Origin: Acidimicrobiia bacterium
Lineage (GTDB): Bacteria; Actinomycetota; Acidimicrobiia; IMCC26256; PALSA-610
DNA length: 64,000 nt
Assembly: GCA_038213435.1 (NCBI GenBank)
Contig: JBBQTI010000001.1
Location: 56,295-120,294, forward strand
Direction: 5' to 3'
The notes below the pieces were generated by a model. The model was not told the origin of the DNA. It did not search any database and worked only from the letters and a program-made list of their open reading frames with translations. Each line of letters begins with the position of its first letter. Within the stretch, counting starts at the first letter, position 1. Position numbers and translations under genes: made by a program. This document shows positions 36,537 through 46,099 of the stretch, piece by piece.

Positions 36537-38488
36537 GAGTGCACCTTCGACCCGAGGAAGCGAACGGGCACATCCGCGGCGGACCGGCTCAGGTCCTGGC
36601 CCGTGCCCTGCGAGCCGCCCGCGGGTGTCACCGGCGACGCCACGACGTGCTCCAGGGCGTAGTCGGTACACACCCCGCAGTCGTAGCACGGAGTCCACCG
36701 GCAATCGGGGAGCCCGTGCTCGGCCAGGGCGGCCTGCCAGTCGTCCCAGAGGAAATCGGCATGGAGACCCGCGGCGATGTGCGACCACGGCAGGACCTCG
36801 TCGCGGACACGGTGACGGGTGACGAACCAATCAGGCTCGAGCCCCTCGGCGCGCATGGCGTCGAGCCAGAGGTCGAGCGAGAAGCCCTCGCTCCACTCCT
36901 GGAACGTACCGCCGGCCCGCCACACCCGCTCGATGACGCGACCGATCCTCCGGTCGCCACGGGAGGCAATGCCTTCCGCGAACGTCGCCTTCGGATCGTG
37001 CCACTTCACCTGGGCGCGCGTTCCGCGGACCGCGTTGCGCAGCAGCGTGATCTTGCGCTGCAGCTCCTCGACCCCGTTCTGGCCGAACCACTGGAACGGA
37101 GTGTGCGGCTTGGGGACGAACCCTCCGACCGACACCGTGCAGCTCGCCTGCTTCGTGTACTTGCGGCCGATGTCGGTCACGTTGGTCGCGAGTTGCGCGA
37201 TGCCGAGCGTGTCCTCGTCCATCTCGGTCGGGAGACCGGTGAGGAAGTAGAGCTTCACCCGCCGCCAACCCTGTGAGTACGCGGCGTCGACCGCGGAGTA
37301 CAGGTCGTCCTCGATGATCAGCTTGTTGATCACCTGGCGCAATCGCCACGTACCGGCTTCCGGCGCGAACGTGAGACCGCTGCGGCGAACCTTCTGGAGC
37401 TCGCTCGCGATCCCGACCGTGAACGCGTCGACCCGCAGGCTCGGCAGGGAGACGCTCACGCCCCCGGTGCCCTCCTGATCGGTGACGAGGTCGGCGACAA
37501 CCCCCTCGATCCCCGAGAAGTCGGCGCTCGAGAGCGAGGTCAGCGCCACCTCGTCGTAGCCGGTTCGGCGCAGCCCGTCGCGGACCATCGTGCGAACCTG
37601 CTCCTCGGGCCGTTCCCGAACGGGCCGCGTGATCATGCCGGCCTGGCAGAAACGACAGCCCCGCGTGCAACCTCGGAAGATCTCGACGTTCAGGCGGTCG
37701 TGCACGACCTCGACCAGCGGCACGAGCTGATGCTTCGGGTACGGCCAGTCGGCCAGGTCGGCAACCGTGCGCTTGTCGACGACGGCGGGAACGTCGGCGT
37801 AGCGCGGCGTCACCGACCGAACCGTCGGACCGTCGTACTCGACGTCGTAGAGAGACGGCACGTAGACCCCGGCGATCGTGGCAAGGTCACGCAGCACCGC
37901 CTCGCGGTTCGCGCGTCCGCCGCGCTTCCACGCGCCGACCACGTCCGCAATCTCGCCGATCGCCTCCTCGCCGTCGCCGATGACGAAGGCGTCGACGTAC
38001 TCGGCGAGCGGCTCGGGGTTGTACGTGCAGTGCCCGCCTGCGATCACGACGGGATGCGAGGGTGACCGGTCGGCGCCACGAACCGGGACGCCCGCGAGAT
38101 CGACGAGGTTCAGCAGGTTCGTGTAGACGAGCTCGGCGGACAGGTTGAACGCGAGCACGTCGAAATCGCCGGCGGCGCGGTGCGTGTCGACGCTGAACAG
38201 GGGCACCCGGGCCGCGCGCATCGCGGCCTCCATGTCGGTCCACGGTGCGTACGCGCGCTCGGCCACCGCGTCGTCGCGCTCGTTGACGAGCTCGTAGAGG
38301 ATTTGCAGCCCCTGGTTGGGGAGCCCGATCTCGTAGGTGTCGGGATAGATCAGGAGAAAGGCCGCCCGGCTGCTCCCATGGCGGGGCGCCAGACTGCCCG
38401 GCTCCGTTCCCATCTCCATACCGATGTAGCGAGCGGGCTTCTCAACCCGGGCCAGCAGCGGTTCGATCCGCGGCCACAGGTCTGACAT
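36533..38488 (-). CDS. B12-binding-domain radical SAM protein (TIGR03960-like)
   Basis: VEKPARYIG, YPDTYEIGLPNQG, RGCTRGCRFCQAG, LTFAPEAGT, FVPKPHTPFQW, C-terminal CRWTPCYDCGVC. Confidence 0.92.
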   Translation of the reverse strand: MSDLWPRIEPLLARVEKPARYIGMEMGTEPGSLAPRHGSSRAAFLLIYPDTYEIGLPNQGLQILYELVNERDDAVAERAYAPWTDMEAAMRAARVPLFSVDTHRAAGDFDVLAFNLSAELVYTNLLNLVDLAGVPVRGADRSPSHPVVIAGGHCTYNPEPLAEYVDAFVIGDGEEAIGEIADVVGAWKRGGRANREAVLRDLATIAGVYVPSLYDVEYDGPTVRSVTPRYADVPAVVDKRTVADLADWPYPKHQLVPLVEVVHDRLNVEIFRGCTRGCRFCQAGMITRPVRERPEEQVRTMVRDGLRRTGYDEVALTSLSSADFSGIEGVVADLVTDQEGTGGVSVSLPSLRVDAFTVGIASELQKVRRSGLTFAPEAGTWRLRQVINKLIIEDDLYSAVDAAYSQGWRRVKLYFLTGLPTEMDEDTLGIAQLATNVTDIGRKYTKQASCTVSVGGFVPKPHTPFQWFGQNGVEELQRKITLLRNAVRGTRAQVKWHDPKATFAEGIASRGDRRIGRVIERVWRAGGTFQEWSEGFSLDLWLDAMRAEGLEPDWFVTRHRVRDEVLPWSHIAAGLHADFLWDDWQAALAEHGLPDCRWTPCYDCGVCTDYALEHVVASPVTPAGGSQGTGQDLSRSAADVPVRFLGSKVHS

Positions 38489-38552
38489 CTCCGGGCAGTG
38501 TAGCCCGGGCGCGGCGCGGGCCCGCCTCACCACGCTCCGTGCCCGGCCCGGG

Positions 38553-39716
38553 TCAGCTGAAGCGGCGCATATGGACGTTGAGCACGAGCCCGACCGCGAT
38601 GAAGGAGGTGATGACTGCGGAGCCGCCGTATGACATGAAGGGCAGCGGGATCCCCGTGATCGGCATGATCCCCATCGTCATGCCGACGTTCTCGAACACC
38701 TCGATCGCGAACATCGCGAGCACACCGATGGCCACGAGGGTGCCGAAGAAGTCGGACGACAACAGGGCGATACGCCACAGCCTCCATGCCAGGAGCGCGT
38801 AGAGGAGCAGGAGCGTGGCCCCTCCCACGAAGCCGAGATCCTCGCCGACCGCGGTGAAGATGAAGTCGGTGTGCTGCTCCGGCACGAAGCCGTTCTTCGT
38901 CTGCAGGCCGCGGCCGAAGCCGGCGCCTTCGAACCCTCCCGACGCGATCGCCGCCTTGGAGGCGCCGAGGTTGAACTGGGTGGGAGTCTGGTCCTGGGCG
39001 GGTACGCGGGGGGTCGACTGGTTGGCAAAGGAGGTCAACCGGTCCAGCTGGTAGGAGTGGACCTTGCCGGTGACCACGGCCGCTCCCACCAGCGACGCCG
39101 CGAGCAGCAACAGCACGACGATGTGCACGGGCTTGAGACCGGCGATGACGAGCACCGCGGCCGCGCACACCATGATCACGAGCATCGTGCCGAGGTCGTG
39201 CTGCGCGTACACGATGGCCATGACCACACCCGTCAGGCCGACCGCCACCCCGACGCGCCACGCGTCGAGATCGCCGCGATGTTGATGGCAATAGCCCGCG
39301 ATCGCCACCACGACCACGACCTTGGCGATCTCGGACGGCTGGAACTGGAAGGGACCGATCTGGAACCAGGCCTGCGCGCCGTTGTGATTGCGGCCGAGTA
39401 CGACCACGCCCACGAGCAACGGGACAACCGCGAGGTATACGAGCGGCCACGCCTCACGGATGCGGCGGTAGTCGATCGCCATTGTGACGCCCATGGCGAT
39501 CAGACCGAGCACCACCGCGACGCCTTGGCGTTCGACGTAATAGAGACGCGCCAGCCCGCCGAGCGCGGTCTCGTGCCGGGAGGCGTCGAAGATCATGAGC
39601 AAGCCGAGCGCGCTGATCGCGATCGGCAGCGTGAGGAGGGCGAGGTCGAGGTGCGCGAAGAGACTCGTGTCCGACGCAGTGCGGCGGCGGCCGGCGGACG
39701 CTGTGATGGTTGCCAT
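38553..39716 (-). CDS. rodA: Rod shape-determining protein RodA (SEDS)
   Basis: GAQAWFQIG..QFQPSEIAK, DLGTMLV, AIASGG..G, VPEQHTDFIF, GIPLPFMSYGGS. Confidence 0.96.
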   Translation of the reverse strand: MATITASAGRRRTASDTSLFAHLDLALLTLPIAISALGLLMIFDASRHETALGGLARLYYVERQGVAVVLGLIAMGVTMAIDYRRIREAWPLVYLAVVPLLVGVVVLGRNHNGAQAWFQIGPFQFQPSEIAKVVVVVAIAGYCHQHRGDLDAWRVGVAVGLTGVVMAIVYAQHDLGTMLVIMVCAAAVLVIAGLKPVHIVVLLLLAASLVGAAVVTGKVHSYQLDRLTSFANQSTPRVPAQDQTPTQFNLGASKAAIASGGFEGAGFGRGLQTKNGFVPEQHTDFIFTAVGEDLGFVGGATLLLLYALLAWRLWRIALLSSDFFGTLVAIGVLAMFAIEVFENVGMTMGIMPITGIPLPFMSYGGSAVITSFIAVGLVLNVHMRRFS

Positions 39717-41650
39717 CAGTCCTTGCCCGTCGACTTGGTGGGGATCGGTGTTGGAGGAAGGTGGTTGATCGACTCGATCACCTGGCGCACGATCGGCGCC
39801 GCGGTCTGCGCGCCGTGCCCGCCCTGTTCGACGACGGCGACGACGGCGTACTGCGGATTGCCGACCGGGAAGTACGACGCGAACAACGACGTGGGGCCCT
39901 TACCCTTGATCTGCGCGGTTCCGGTCTTCCCCGCGACGGGAACGAAGAGACCTTGGAACGGCGGGTACGCGGTGCCGGCCTTGTCGGAGACGGCGCCGGC
40001 GAAGCCGCCGGCAATCTGCGAGTAGGTGTAGGGCGGAATGTCGATCTTGCCGCGCGCCTTGGGCGCATGCTGCTCGACAACTTGCTTCGTCATCGGATCC
40101 GTCACCACCTGACCCACGTACGGCGTCCACAGCGTCCCGCCGTTGGCGAAGCACGCGTACGCGTTCGCGAGCTGAAGCGGCGTGACGAAGTCGTCTCCCT
40201 GCCCTATCGCAGCGAAGATGTTGTCGGCCGGATACCAGATCGCGTTCTCCTGCTTCGCCTTCGCGGTTTTGTAATTCGCGTGCGCGTAAGCCGCCTTCCA
40301 GGTCGGGTCCGGGACCCGACCGGCCGCGTCGCCGAGCTCGATCCCGGTCGGCTGACCGAATCCGAGCTGACCCGCGACCTGCTGAATACCGAGCCCGCGC
40401 TGCGGGTCGAGCTTCCAGATCTTCCAGAAGTCGTTGCCCGCGTTGTAGAAGTAGACGTCGCTCGAGACCGTCAGCGCACGCTGGAGGTTGACGCTGCCGT
40501 TGCGGATTCCATTGTCGTTCGTGAACGTCGTTCCCTCGAGCCGCACCGATCCGTTGTCGTTGACGTACGTGGAGGCGCCGAGCACGTTGTACTGGTTCAG
40601 CGCGATCGACGGGACGAGCTTGAACGTCGAACCGGGTGCGTACTGGCCCTCGGTGGCCCGGTTCAGGAGCGGGTTCTGGGCGCCGGCATTGCTCAGCAGC
40701 GCGAAGTGATCGTTCGAGATCCCGCCGACCCACCACGACAACGGATACGTCGGGTTGCTCGCCATCGCGAGCACCGAGCCGTCGTGCACGTCGAGCACGA
40801 CCACGGCACCGCCGGTCGGCTGCAACGTCTTGTAGCCGACCGCGACTGCCTCCTTGCTCTGGTCTTGAAACGTGTGCGCCGCGAGGATGCCCTGAGCGAG
40901 CGCGCGCTCAGCCGCCTTTTGCACGTTGATGTCGATGGTGAGCTTGACGTTGTCGCCCACCGTTCCCGGATCGACGCGGACGGGTGGACCGATCTGCTTG
41001 CCGGTCGGGTCGACCTGCACCGTCACCCGGCGAGGCTTCCCGCGCAGCACCGACTCGTACGCGGCTTCCACACCATCGCGCCCGACGACGTCGCCGGCCT
41101 GATACCCCTTCGACTTCAATTGCTTCAGCTGGTCGGCACCGATCTCGCCGACATAGCCGAGCACCTGCGACGCGAGACCGTCGTACGCGTACGAACGAAT
41201 GGTGAGCGCGACGACGTTCACACCCGGATAGTCCTCGCGGTGCTCGCGGATCGCGAGTTGCTGGGCGAGCGGGACGCGGAGCGCCACGATCGCGGGCATG
41301 AGTGGCGACTGTCGATCGCTCTCGTAATTCGCGCGGAGGTTCTTCTCGTCGATCCCGAGCACCTCGGATAGCTGGCCCAACACCCGAGCACGCGTCTTCG
41401 GCCCGAGGTCGCGAGCGACCGTCACCCCCCACGCAGCAACGTCCTGGGCCAGGACTTTGCCGTTGCGATCGAGGATCTCACCGCGCGGCGACGCGGTCTG
41501 TATGACGCGGGTGCTGAGCGTGCTCACAACCCGGCCGAGCTTCTGCTCGGGGCCCATCTGGAGAAACCACAAGCGCGCGAAAAGCGAGGCGAAGAGGGCG
41601 ACGATCACGACGCCAACGATGCTCACTCGAACGCGGCTGTTGTCGCTCAT
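39716..41650 (-). CDS. mrdA: Penicillin-binding protein 2 (class B)
   Basis: PRGEILDRNG, PGSTFK (SxxK), SSDVYF (SxD), GKTGTAQ (KTG). Confidence 0.95.
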   Translation of the reverse strand: MSDNSRVRVSIVGVVIVALFASLFARLWFLQMGPEQKLGRVVSTLSTRVIQTASPRGEILDRNGKVLAQDVAAWGVTVARDLGPKTRARVLGQLSEVLGIDEKNLRANYESDRQSPLMPAIVALRVPLAQQLAIREHREDYPGVNVVALTIRSYAYDGLASQVLGYVGEIGADQLKQLKSKGYQAGDVVGRDGVEAAYESVLRGKPRRVTVQVDPTGKQIGPPVRVDPGTVGDNVKLTIDINVQKAAERALAQGILAAHTFQDQSKEAVAVGYKTLQPTGGAVVVLDVHDGSVLAMASNPTYPLSWWVGGISNDHFALLSNAGAQNPLLNRATEGQYAPGSTFKLVPSIALNQYNVLGASTYVNDNGSVRLEGTTFTNDNGIRNGSVNLQRALTVSSDVYFYNAGNDFWKIWKLDPQRGLGIQQVAGQLGFGQPTGIELGDAAGRVPDPTWKAAYAHANYKTAKAKQENAIWYPADNIFAAIGQGDDFVTPLQLANAYACFANGGTLWTPYVGQVVTDPMTKQVVEQHAPKARGKIDIPPYTYSQIAGGFAGAVSDKAGTAYPPFQGLFVPVAGKTGTAQIKGKGPTSLFASYFPVGNPQYAVVAVVEQGGHGAQTAAPIVRQVIESINHLPPTPIPTKSTGKD

Positions 41651-41745
41651 GCAGTCAGGCGGCTCATCGAGACGCGTCGCACGCTAGTGGGAACCCGCGA
41701 ACGGTTTCCGGTCGGGCGCGGCGTCAGCGCAGCATCACTGTGGCG

Positions 41746-42258
41746 TCAGCGCATCGACCAGGCGTCGCGCACCCGATCGTCGACGCCGAGCACGCGCCTG
41801 ACCAGGAAGAACACGAATGGCGCGAGCAGCGCGTCGTACAGCGCCGCATACGAGATGGTGACGATCCCATGCGTGCCCTTCACCGCGTCGACTCCGACAA
41901 GGACCCCGATGCCGATGAACAACAGTCCACCCGCCAGCCCACCCACCGCCCCGAGGAACGACGGCAACCAGCGAGGCGAACGAAAGAGCCCGGACTCGAG
42001 CACACCGATCGCGTAGCCCACGATCGCGTAGGTGAGCGCGTCGAGCCCGAGCGGCGTCTCGAGAAAGAGATCGAAGCCGAACCCGGCGACGAATCCGACG
42101 ATCGCACCCGCCTCCGGGCCTTCTTGGTAGCCGACAGCCAGTGCGACGATGAGGCCGAGATCAGGCAGGACGCCGAACAGCCGCAGATGCGGTAAGGCCG
42201 CGACCTGGGTGACCACGACGACGAAGACGAGCGCGCCGAGACGCGTCGCGCGCGTCAT
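41746..42258 (-). CDS. mreD: Rod shape-determining protein MreD
   Basis: Hydrophobic; PDLGLIVAL, GFGFDLF...PLG; position between mreC and mrdA. Confidence 0.9.
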   Translation of the reverse strand: MTRATRLGALVFVVVVTQVAALPHLRLFGVLPDLGLIVALAVGYQEGPEAGAIVGFVAGFGFDLFLETPLGLDALTYAIVGYAIGVLESGLFRSPRWLPSFLGAVGGLAGGLLFIGIGVLVGVDAVKGTHGIVTISYAALYDALLAPFVFFLVRRVLGVDDRVRDAWSMR

Positions 42259-43190
42259 CCGCCGGCTCGAGTCGTTGTTGTCGTCGTGGGGCCGGGCACC
42301 GTGGTCGTGGTGGTTGTCGACGTTGTCGTCGTCGGAAGCACCGGACCGGGAGTTCCCTGCGACCACAGGAGCACGGTGACGTGTTGCAGCGCGCCGAGAT
42401 GAACGTACGGAGTGATCGTGGCATTCACGCCGGTGTTCCCGGGTTGGTTCGTGGCCGACGCGATCGTGCCCACCGCGAGACCGGACGGGAACAACGTTGA
42501 CTGCGGAGACGTCACGATCTGATCACCCCGAAGCACGTTCGTGCCCGCGTCGAACTCGACCGCGAGATCGTGCGAACCAACCTCTCCCGACGCGATGCCC
42601 GTCGTCGCGGGCGATGCGCCACGACCGGGCGTCTGCACGCCGACCGAGAAGTTCGGATCGGTGAGTACTTGGATCTTCGCGCCGCGGTTCCAAACTTCGA
42701 TCACCTTGCCGACGATGCCTTCCGGCGCGATGACCGGCATGTCGACCGAGATCCCCGTCTCCGATCCCTTGTCGATCGTGAGCGTCGGATCGAAGTTGCC
42801 CGGATCGCGACCGACGATGAGCGCGGTCACGTTCTTGACCAACAGCGCATTCTGCAGCGCGAGCGACCGCTTGAGATCGCTGTTCTCCTTGATTGCCTCG
42901 TCGGCCGCGGTCTCCTTCCCCCGGAGCGCGGCAATCTGCTCCTGGAGCCGTCGGTTGTCGCGCTTCAGATTTCCCGAGTTGGTGATGCCGTCCCACCAGT
43001 CGCTCACCGGGCGGGCGACGTCGTCGACCGCTCCTTGAACGGGAGAGACGATCCGGTGCGCGATCCGGCCCATCGCCCCGAGCGACCCCGAACGGCCGTT
43101 GCGAGTATCGAGGGTGATCAGCGTCAGGCAGCTGAGCACGATCAGGAGCAGGACGTAGCGCCGTCGGCTCGCGCGTCGCGCACCGGCCAT
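42255..43190 (-). CDS. mreC: Rod shape-determining protein MreC
   Basis: TM, coiled coil, LTIDKGSETGISVDMPVI..GIVGKV, GDQIVTS..FPSGLAVG; Thr-rich tail. Confidence 0.95.
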   Translation of the reverse strand: MAGARRASRRRYVLLLIVLSCLTLITLDTRNGRSGSLGAMGRIAHRIVSPVQGAVDDVARPVSDWWDGITNSGNLKRDNRRLQEQIAALRGKETAADEAIKENSDLKRSLALQNALLVKNVTALIVGRDPGNFDPTLTIDKGSETGISVDMPVIAPEGIVGKVIEVWNRGAKIQVLTDPNFSVGVQTPGRGASPATTGIASGEVGSHDLAVEFDAGTNVLRGDQIVTSPQSTLFPSGLAVGTIASATNQPGNTGVNATITPYVHLGALQHVTVLLWSQGTPGPVLPTTTTSTTTTTTVPGPTTTTTTRAGG

Positions 43191-43209
43191 GGTCTCGGAC
43201 CGCCTCGGA

Positions 43210-44256
<1,047 letters not shown>

Positions 44257-44321
44257 CTTCCGACGGCGGGACGCGCCCAGGCTAGAAGCCCCTCGGTTCG
44301 ATTGCCACCCGGCTCGAGGTG

Positions 44322-44735
44322 TCACCCGGCAAGACCAGGGAAGAACAGCGCGACCTCGCGCGCAGACGACTCCGGTCCGTCACTCGCGTGCACCAGGTTC
44401 TCTGTGAGCTCGATCGCGAGATCGCCCCGGATCGTGCCCGGCGCGGCTTCCCGCGGGTTCGTGGTGCCGATCAGCGCGCGCACGACCTTGCACGCGTCGG
44501 GCCCTTCCGCGACCAGCGCGACCAGGGGCGAGCGCGTGATGAACGTCACGAGATCGCGGTAAAACGGCTTGCCCTCGTGCTCCGCGTAGTGCCTCGTGGC
44601 CGTGGCCTCGTCGAGGAAGCGCATCTCCAGCGCGACGAGCTTCAGCTGCTTGCGCTCCAGCCGGGCGATGACCTCGCCGACGAGCCCGCGCTCGACACAA
44701 TCCGGCTTGCAGAGAACGAGGGTCCGATCGGTCAT
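44322..44735 (-). CDS. ndk: Nucleoside diphosphate kinase
   Basis: KPDCVERGLVGEVI.R, HYAEHEGKPFY, PGTIRGD, NLVHASD. Confidence 0.97.
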   Translation of the reverse strand: MTDRTLVLCKPDCVERGLVGEVIARLERKQLKLVALEMRFLDEATATRHYAEHEGKPFYRDLVTFITRSPLVALVAEGPDACKVVRALIGTTNPREAAPGTIRGDLAIELTENLVHASDGPESSAREVALFFPGLAG

Positions 44736-44782
44736 GAATCCTGGAGCCTACGGGGCGACGCAGGAAGTTCGACAACCGGACG

Positions 44783-46099
44783 TCAGGGAACGAGCACGGA
44801 GCGGGCAGCGCCGACGACGTACAGCGACCCCGTGATCACGATCTGACCGTCGGGTGGTGTCGCGAGCAACGCGGTACTCACCGCGTCCTCGACGCGGTCG
44901 ACGACCTCGATCCGCTCCTCGGACAGTCCGAGGTCGACCGCGGCCTTGGCTACGAACGACGCCTCGAGCGCGCGCGGGCTCGGCGGCCGACAACACACCA
45001 GCAGCCCATCGAGCCCGTCGACGCCGAGCGCCGCGAGCATCTCGTGCGGTTCCTTCTCGCGCAGCAGACCGACGACCAGCGTGCGCGGGCCTTCACTGAA
45101 TTCCTCCTCGAGTGCGACGCGCAAAGCCTGCGCGCCGGCGACGTTGTGCGCGCCGTCGAGCAGCACGAGGGGTTGCCGGCCGACGACCTCGAGTCGGCCC
45201 GGAGACTGCACCCGTGCCAGCGCATCGGCCACGACGTCGAATGCGAGCGTTGCCCCGACGAAACTCTCCGCTGCGGCCATCGCGATCGCCGCGTTGTCGG
45301 CTTGGTGCGCGCCGTGCAGCTGCAGGAACACGTCGGGATACTCCGCGCCCGGGCTACGGAAGTCGGCCAAGCGGCCACCGATCGCGAGCACGTTGCGTCG
45401 CACGCCGAAGTCGATATCGCGGCGGAAGACGCGCGCCGCGCCGCGTGCCTCGAAGATGGCTTGGAGGTTCGGGTCGGTCTCGCCGAGCACCAGCGTGGCG
45501 CCGGGCTTCACGATGCCGGCCTTCTCCTGCGCGATCTGCTCGCGCGTCGGTCCGAGGTAGTCGACGTGATCCACGGACACGTTCGTAACGACCGCAACCT
45601 GGCCGTCGACGACATTGGTTGCATCCCAGGTTCCGCCCATTCCGACCTCGACGACGGCAACATCGACGGCCTCGTCGGCGAACCAGCGGAACGCGGCGGA
45701 CGTGACGACGTCGAAGTAGGAAGGGTCGACGCCGACCGATTGCTCGACGAGCGAGACTGCGTACAACATCTCGTCCAGCGCGTCGTCGGAAATCGGCTCG
45801 CCGTCGATCGACATGCGTTCGTTCACCCGCTGAAGATGCGGGCTCGTATACGCGCCGACCTTGAGTCCGAGCGCGGTGAGCAGCTCCGTGAGCACCCGGA
45901 CCGTCGTCGTCTTGCCGTTCGTGCCGGTGATGTGGACGACCGGGAACTCGACCTCGGGCGAGCCGAGATACTGCATCAGGGTGGCGATGCGCTCGAGGGT
46001 CGGCGGGCCGCGCCGGCTGCCGGCAGGAACATTGAGGCTCTCGAGGTTGACGTGTGCGCTCAGCCAGCCTTTGCCGTCGAAGCCCATTGGCGTGCTCAC
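44783..46099 (-). CDS. folC: Folylpolyglutamate synthase/dihydrofolate synthase
   Basis: VHITGTNGKTT, YTSPHL..VNER, VEVGMGGTWDATNV, EKAGIVK, LLDGAHN, ITGSLYVVG; GTGA overlap with valS. Confidence 0.96.
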   Translation of the reverse strand: MSTPMGFDGKGWLSAHVNLESLNVPAGSRRGPPTLERIATLMQYLGSPEVEFPVVHITGTNGKTTTVRVLTELLTALGLKVGAYTSPHLQRVNERMSIDGEPISDDALDEMLYAVSLVEQSVGVDPSYFDVVTSAAFRWFADEAVDVAVVEVGMGGTWDATNVVDGQVAVVTNVSVDHVDYLGPTREQIAQEKAGIVKPGATLVLGETDPNLQAIFEARGAARVFRRDIDFGVRRNVLAIGGRLADFRSPGAEYPDVFLQLHGAHQADNAAIAMAAAESFVGATLAFDVVADALARVQSPGRLEVVGRQPLVLLDGAHNVAGAQALRVALEEEFSEGPRTLVVGLLREKEPHEMLAALGVDGLDGLLVCCRPPSPRALEASFVAKAAVDLGLSEERIEVVDRVEDAVSTALLATPPDGQIVITGSLYVVGAARSVLVP

